Part shown: piece by piece, positions 57,304 through 64,000 of the stretch | How the letters are laid out: each line of letters begins with the position of its first letter | How positions within the stretch are numbered: the stretch's first letter is position 1 | DNA from: Octopus vulgaris | Lineage: Eukaryota | Assembly: GCA_951406725.2 (NCBI GenBank) | Contig: OX597816.1 | Span: 62,248,001 to 62,312,000, forward strand | Reading direction: 5' to 3' | Length of the DNA stretch: 64,000 nucleotides | The notes under the pieces: model-generated | Databases searched by the model: none | Seen by the model: only the letters and a program-made list of their open reading frames with translations | Told to the model about the DNA's origin: nothing | Program-made: the position numbers and the translations under genes

Positions 57304-57558
57304 ATAATTCATTTTTAAATGTCTTGCTTTGAAAAACTGCATTTGGGTATGATTAGTATAATTTTTGGTAGTAATGACTTTGTCCCTCCTAGTGTGAACA
57401 TTTATGTGTAATAATGCCCTCTATACAATATAGATATAATTAATTTGTTCAAAAGAAAAAAATTATTTTCGGATTCTTTTCTTTTATGAGGTTTTCACGC
57501 TAGCTACCCGATAATTTCTTGTTAAGATCCCTTATTAAGAGATTATCCTTAATTGTTA

Positions 57559-57613
<55 letters not shown>

Positions 57614-57835
57614 AATAAGGATAAGATCGTTAATTTAAATATCGATCGTATCAAGTGGCCAGCATGGGAATAAATACCTTCAAAGGTAATAATGATTATT
57701 AAAATTATAATTTACGGTATCTAAGAGATACCACCATGCTGGAAATAGCAGCCAAACTTGACTCTAAAAGCACATTAAATGTTCATACAGCACCAGGAGA
57801 GACAAAATAAACTAGCAAAAAATTACTGGATAATT

Positions 57836-57875
<40 letters not shown>

Positions 57876-59728
57876 CTGCTCTTCCATATGCATGTCTACA
57901 TATAAGTAGGTACATACATACGGAATATCGGATCCTAATGATATACTCTTGAATTTTTCTCACTGCTTAACCTGACAATTTTCATGATTTTGAAATATAA
58001 GCAAATGTGTTTAGGCATTTTAGTCTTCAGAGCGTCTGAGAAATAGTTTTATTACAGCTTTTTGAGAGTCATTGGCCCTGCATTATTTCTCAGAGTTTTT
58101 GCTTGCGAACCATCGAGAGAGAGTGAGGGGGGAAAGGAGTGAGAAACGAGAGAGACTAAGAAGAGTAAGCAATGAGAAAACAGTAGGCCCCACTGGTCAA
58201 CTTTGGGATGGTTCCCTACGGATTAGATTTCTTGCAGGGTATTTCAATGATGTTCCGACATGCTTCTCACCGCATCTAATTACAACACAACGGAGACATA
58301 AAGCAAGCTTCATTGATCAGGTATGTGCGACTGACCTAGGAAGCACTTAACATTACAGCATTGAGATAACTGATGTGTCCACTGCTATGAAATGCCGCCA
58401 TTTCCCTAGTTTCATGACTATTATCGTAAAAGAACCCAGTAGATGTGGCATATGCGCCAACAGAAATGATTCTCTGTTCTCAAACAGCACTCCTTTCTCT
58501 TGCTGCTGCTCTTTAAATTGTGCGGTCATCGAAGGACCTGCGCTTGAAAGAGAAGTTCGTTTGCCTCAAATTCACTGCAAAACCATAAACAAGTAAGTTC
58601 GTATAACTGTTTTTTGAACAAGCATGTTAGCCGATGTATTAATTTTGGAGACACGAAACGTTTACATGTGGCTCAGTAGAGTCGATAGAATGCTGGTTTA
58701 TGTTTCATGTTGAAAGCTCACTGGGATGAAGTTTTCCTTTCATCCTTATCGTATCACTGATATAATTTATTTGTCAATCAAGGCAATTGGTTATAATCTT
58801 CTGTCAAACTTGCAAGATAGTGCCTCTGACAGAAACCAATTTACTGTTATTTCACTTAAAACGGCCTTGGTCCTCCTGACCTTTGTGAATGTATTATAAG
58901 CAATATCAGTCTTTTGGAAGGCGGACAAGAGATAAAGATTGCTTATCAGATTAGCCATCAAGCCCTTAGCTATAAACAAGTACTCTTCATTTAGTAAGAT
59001 GATGAGGCAGTTGAATGTTATCGCAGATTCTAAACGTCTCTTAGAAGATAAGACTTTTAATATCATGAAGAAAGGAGTTAGTAATTAATATATAACGCGC
59101 ATGCGTGCACACACACACACGCACACAAATAATTCGGTAAAGAAACGCTCAAGCACACCGACACATTATTATTGAATATTCTCCCAGTCTCCCTGGTGTT
59201 TGTGCGACGGAAAATTTTCCTGAACTGAATACCAGTCTATTGCGGTGTAAACTCGCTTTCTTCTACTGGTGATCATTTTGCGCTAAGTGTACTGGAACAA
59301 GATGGAAGGAGATGCCTGACTACTGAGTCAAACTGGTTTGAGAGGCGAACCAAGGATATCATTAGTGACTGCAAGCCCTGTAGGCAAACTCAAACGGATA
59401 ACCTCCACTTAACGTACATAAACACGCAATTCGGAATGCGCTTTTTGATAAATTTGCTTTGATAAAATACGAACTAGGCTGAAACACGTATTTCAGTTGA
59501 TATGTTTAACTAAAATACTCCTTAAAGGCACCAACTGATTATGACTGTAGATCAATGAGAGAAATCTGTGAAAAATACACTAATTCGTTTCATTGTTATT
59601 TTCATATATTTTTTGTTACTGTGGTTGAAGAAAACACCAATACATACTGCTGTTATAATTGTTTTCCATTACATTCTCCTTGCAAAAATGTGGTCAGTTC
59701 TGACTTAACAGTACCGTGATCAAAGATA

Positions 59729-60294
59729 TTGGGTTGTCCGGAAAGTTCGTGCCGATTTTTAAAGGAAAAAAAATGGTAAATAAATACTTGCCATTACATT
59801 TTTAATCAACCAAATATGAAACATTTTGTGGCATAATGCGTCTCCATCTTTCCTTTAACTTGAAAATACCCTCTTCCCAGAATTGAGTTGGTTTCATGGA
59901 AAAGAATTCATCAAGGTATCTTTTTACGTCATCCAAGGAATCTAAATTTTTACCATTAAGACTATTCTGCAGAGACCTGAATAAGTGGAAATCCGAAGGA
60001 GCAATATCTGGTGAATATGGAGGGCGGGGTAACACATCCCAGTCGAGCTGCAGCAATTTTGTCTGGTTCTCAAAGTATCAAGTGCCAAAAATGAACTTTC
60101 TTATCTTCCATTTAAAAGGGTTACAGAATTAACACAGGTTATAGGAACATAAACCTTCTTCCAAGAAAAGAAAGCTTAAACTGTGCTCTAAATGGAGGTG
60201 TAGTCAAATCCTATTTTATGGACTCAACCATGTTCTAAAATAAGTCGAAATGGTAAGCTACTGTAAATCGGCACGAACTTTCCGGACAACCCAA
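59729..60294 (-). mobile_element. Internally deleted mariner element with perfect 30-bp TIRs and TA TSD
   Basis: TIR ttgggttgtccggaaagttcgtgccgattt at both ends with TA on each side. MEDKKVHFWHLIL (ATG 60111) is joined to the C-terminus carrying PPYSPDIAPSDFHLFRSLQNSL. Confidence 0.95.
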
Positions 60295-60513
60295 TAGTTT
60301 AGTCATAACAACCATTGGTATTTCCAGATATTGTGGATCTAAAGCTACCCCACCCGGGCAATTCTTCCTGGTTAAAACAGGAGGATGTGATTTGAGAAGG
60401 TTTCATTTGCAACTACACGCAAGGAAATCGAACTTGTACGTGTCTAATTGTTGGTATGTGAGAGCAAAAGGAAAAGAGAGATGATATGTGTGATGCAAAT
60501 GAAAGCTGGAAAC

Positions 60514-60685
60514 GGAGTGGCTGTGTGGTATGTAGCTTGCTTACGAACCACATAGTTCCGGGTTCAGTCCCACTGCGAGGCACCTTTGGCAAGTGTCTTC
60601 TACTATAGCCTCGGGCCGACCAAAGCCTTGTGAGTGGATTTGGTAGACGGAAACATAAAGAAGCCCGTCGTATATCTATTTATCA

Positions 60686-60761
<76 letters not shown>

Positions 60762-60762
60762 C

Positions 60763-60831
<69 letters not shown>

Positions 60832-61058
60832 GGTGTGTATGTTTTCGTGTCTGTGTTTATCCCCCCAACATCGCTTGACAACCAATGCTGGTGTGTTTAC
60901 GTTCCCGTAACTTAACGGTTTCGGCAAAAGAGACCGATAGAATAAGTACTAGGCTTACAAAGAATAAGTCCTGGGGTCGATTTGCCCGACTAAAGGCGGT
61001 GCTCCAGCATGGCCACAGTCAAATGATTGAAACAAGTAAAAGAGTAAAGAGAGTAAAA
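60514..61058 (+). mobile_element. SINE family A, full young copy
   Basis: Head ggagtggctgtgtgg...gggttcagtccc, a compound microsatellite and an aagtaaaagagtaaa tail. Confidence 0.9.
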
Positions 61059-61593
61059 CTTGAAGATTGAAATAAATACGTCTGGCCGGTAAATTTTCTC
61101 CTGATCCACTAACCATTGCGTTCCCTATAAATATACACGTCTTCACCGAGGTTCTATTTTTTTTTCAAAATCTATTTGTATAAATTGGAATTCCGGTGCA
61201 TCATCTTATTTCATAAGAATATTCTAGTTTTGTTTTTCATTTGAATTTGATGCACTGTTTTGTCCATATAATGTATGTTTTACAAATATTATCTTTTATT
61301 TGTGTTGGTCATTTGACTTCGGCTAATCGAACGCAGAGACTCCGATTTATGTTTTAAGCCATGTACTTATATTATTGCTCTCCGCCACCAAACCCTTAAG
61401 TCATTTGACTTCGGCTATGCTGGGGCATCATCTTTCAGGGCATAATCGAACGTATTTATGTTTTAAACCATGTACTTATATTATTGCTCTCCGCCGCCAA
61501 ACCCTTAAGATACAGCGACGTAATCAAGCTAACACCATTTGTCAAGTTGTGTTCTGTTGGGGAACAAACACAAACGCAGACACATACATACAT

Positions 61594-61659
<66 letters not shown>

Positions 61660-61980
61660 ACACGTACTACTAGTCGATTAATTAGAAATATTTTACTTTC
61701 CACTTTAAATACGATAGCACTTACTTCACATTTTACAATCATGATATATTAGTGTTAGACTATTTAATGTAGGGAGCTTTAAAAGCCTTAACTAGACAAA
61801 ATCAGACGAAGAAGGGAAAAATAATCAATATTAATGAGTTATACTTGCATGGCGAGTGAAATTTAAAATGGCGGTGTGCTGCAAATGAAACAGTTAAGTT
61901 GTACAATAACTACATCAGCCATGTAAAACACAAAATCTGTTATGATTAATTTAGATTTATTTCTTGCGCTGCAACACTTT

Positions 61981-62026
61981 GTATTTCTGATAAAACTAAC
62001 CATCTGGTTAGTTTTATCAGAAATAC
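61981..62026. repeat. Perfect 22-bp-arm palindrome
   Basis: gtatttctgataaaactaacca-tc-tggttagttttatcagaaatac. Confidence 0.9.
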
Positions 62027-62239
62027 GTCAGTTATTAGTGTTTTAGTGGTGTGGTAAATAATTTTACACTTCATGTAAGAAAAGAAAGTGTATTTTCACT
62101 GATGTTATGAGCGTGGTTTTGTGGTAAGAAGTTTCTTTCCAGACCACCTAGTTTCGGATTCAGACTTATTGTCTTCTAATATAGCCTTCTCGACGTAAAT
62201 CTTGTGAGTTGACTGGTAGAAGGAAAGTGAAAGACATCT

Positions 62240-62738
<499 letters not shown>

Positions 62739-62746
62739 CATATATA

Positions 62747-63121
62747 TACTCTTTACTCTCTTTTTGCTCTTTTACTTGTTTCAGTCATTTGACTGCGGCC
62801 ATGCTGGACCACCACCTTTAGTCGAGCAACTCGACCCCAGGACTTATTCTTTGGAAGCCTAGTACTTATTGTATCAGTCTCTTTTACTGAACCGCTAAGT
62901 TGCGGGGACGTAAACACACCAGCATCGGTTGTCAAGCGATGTTGGGGGATAAACACAGACATATATACACACACATACAAACATACATACGTACATACAT
63001 ACATACATATATATATAATTAGTGAATGGAAGAAATGGAGTTGAACGAAGATTGTACAGAATTCCTTTTATTACATTCTACACATGTTTCAAAGGCCACA
63101 AGAAAATTCATCTTTCCATTT

Positions 63122-63163
<42 letters not shown>

Positions 63164-63181
63164 GCACACAGACACACACAG

Positions 63182-63255
<74 letters not shown>

Positions 63256-63406
63256 GACAGTCGTCTTTCAGTTTCCGTCTGCCAAATCCACTCACAAGGC
63301 TTTGGTCGGCCCGAGGCTATAGTAGAAGATACTTGCCCAAGTTGCCACACAGTGGGAATGAACCCGGAACCATTCGTAAGCAAGCTACGTACTACACAGC
63401 CACTCC
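62747..63406 (-). mobile_element. SINE family A with an insertion of about 100 bp in its microsatellite
   Basis: Family body and head are separated by foreign sequence at about 63020-63127. Confidence 0.83.
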
Positions 63407-64000
63407 TGTGCCTAAAATTTTGAACAGGTAGAACCAGATGCGCTGAGGAAGATAGATAGATAGATAGGTGTGTCGGTTTGTGTTTGCGTCTGTGCTTGTA
63501 CCTCACCGTTGCTTGACAACCAGTGGTGGTGTGTTTACAAAAGTTAGCGTTTTTGCCAAAAAATACTGACACAATAAATACGAGACTTAAGAAAATTAAC
63601 TGGGGGCTATTCATTCGGGTAAAATACTACAAAGTTGTTTTCCAGCCGCAGTCTAATGTGTGAAAGAAGTAAAAGATGAAAGATAAAAAAATTCGATGAT
63701 ATTTTTTGTTTCCTTTGATCCCTCGGACGCATAGGGCCGGTTACACCATTCTCATGGCGCATAAGTGATGAAAATCACAACAACCCCGGGACGGGACGCA
63801 AGTTCCTGGGAAGGTCTAAGGCTAGCAGTTTTGTGGCACGAGATTATTCTATTATATAGGCTTCGTTGATTGACGGCAACTTTATTTTAGCGACCTGGTA
63901 AAATTGACCTGGACAGGATTTGAACTCAGAAAACGAAGCACCAGAAGAAATGCATTTCGGACATTTTATCCAACGCGCTAACGATTCTCTCAGTCCTCCG

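Larger units (their letters stand above)
57096..57397. repeat. 302-bp near-perfect palindrome (149-bp arms, 4-nt loop tcag)
   Basis: Arms read by eye are reverse complements, with one mismatch found (57226 vs 57267). Confidence 0.95.

Noticed and set aside
58239-58320. Possible exon (ttcttgcag ... cag/gtatgt)
   Set aside because: Splice-like signals only, with no recognisable peptide or partner exon.
60514-60585. tRNA-like sequences with A and B boxes
   Set aside because: They are SINE heads joined to repeat bodies, and no complete cloverleaf is evident.
61308-61510. Short direct duplication of about 90 bp
   Set aside because: Ordinary slippage-type duplication inside a decayed SINE A tail.

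Overview
AT-rich, repeat-saturated animal genomic DNA. The SINE families and microsatellite load suggest an octopus or other cephalopod, intronic or intergenic (inference). I found no host protein-coding gene, and most ORFs in the track are microsatellite or SINE artefacts. The window holds many copies of three tRNA-derived SINE families, kb-scale (TA)n arrays and a near full-length but disrupted RTE LINE (22805-26127, minus). It also holds fragments of CR1/L2-, HERO/R2-, R4/Dong- and L1/Tx1-type LINEs, several Tc1/mariner relics and a Helentron-type non-autonomous element. The most striking signal is a dense, diverse set of type I hammerhead ribozyme (HHR) motifs typical of Penelope-like element (PLE) terminal repeats. 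About six look intact or near-intact and several more are decayed. Most have a family-specific palindromic stem III and sit a short distance from a (TA)n array. Some lie at the centre of fold-back inversions, the best being a 302-bp near-perfect palindrome (57096-57397) that encodes one hammerhead on each strand. All structures were folded by eye and none was tested computationally.
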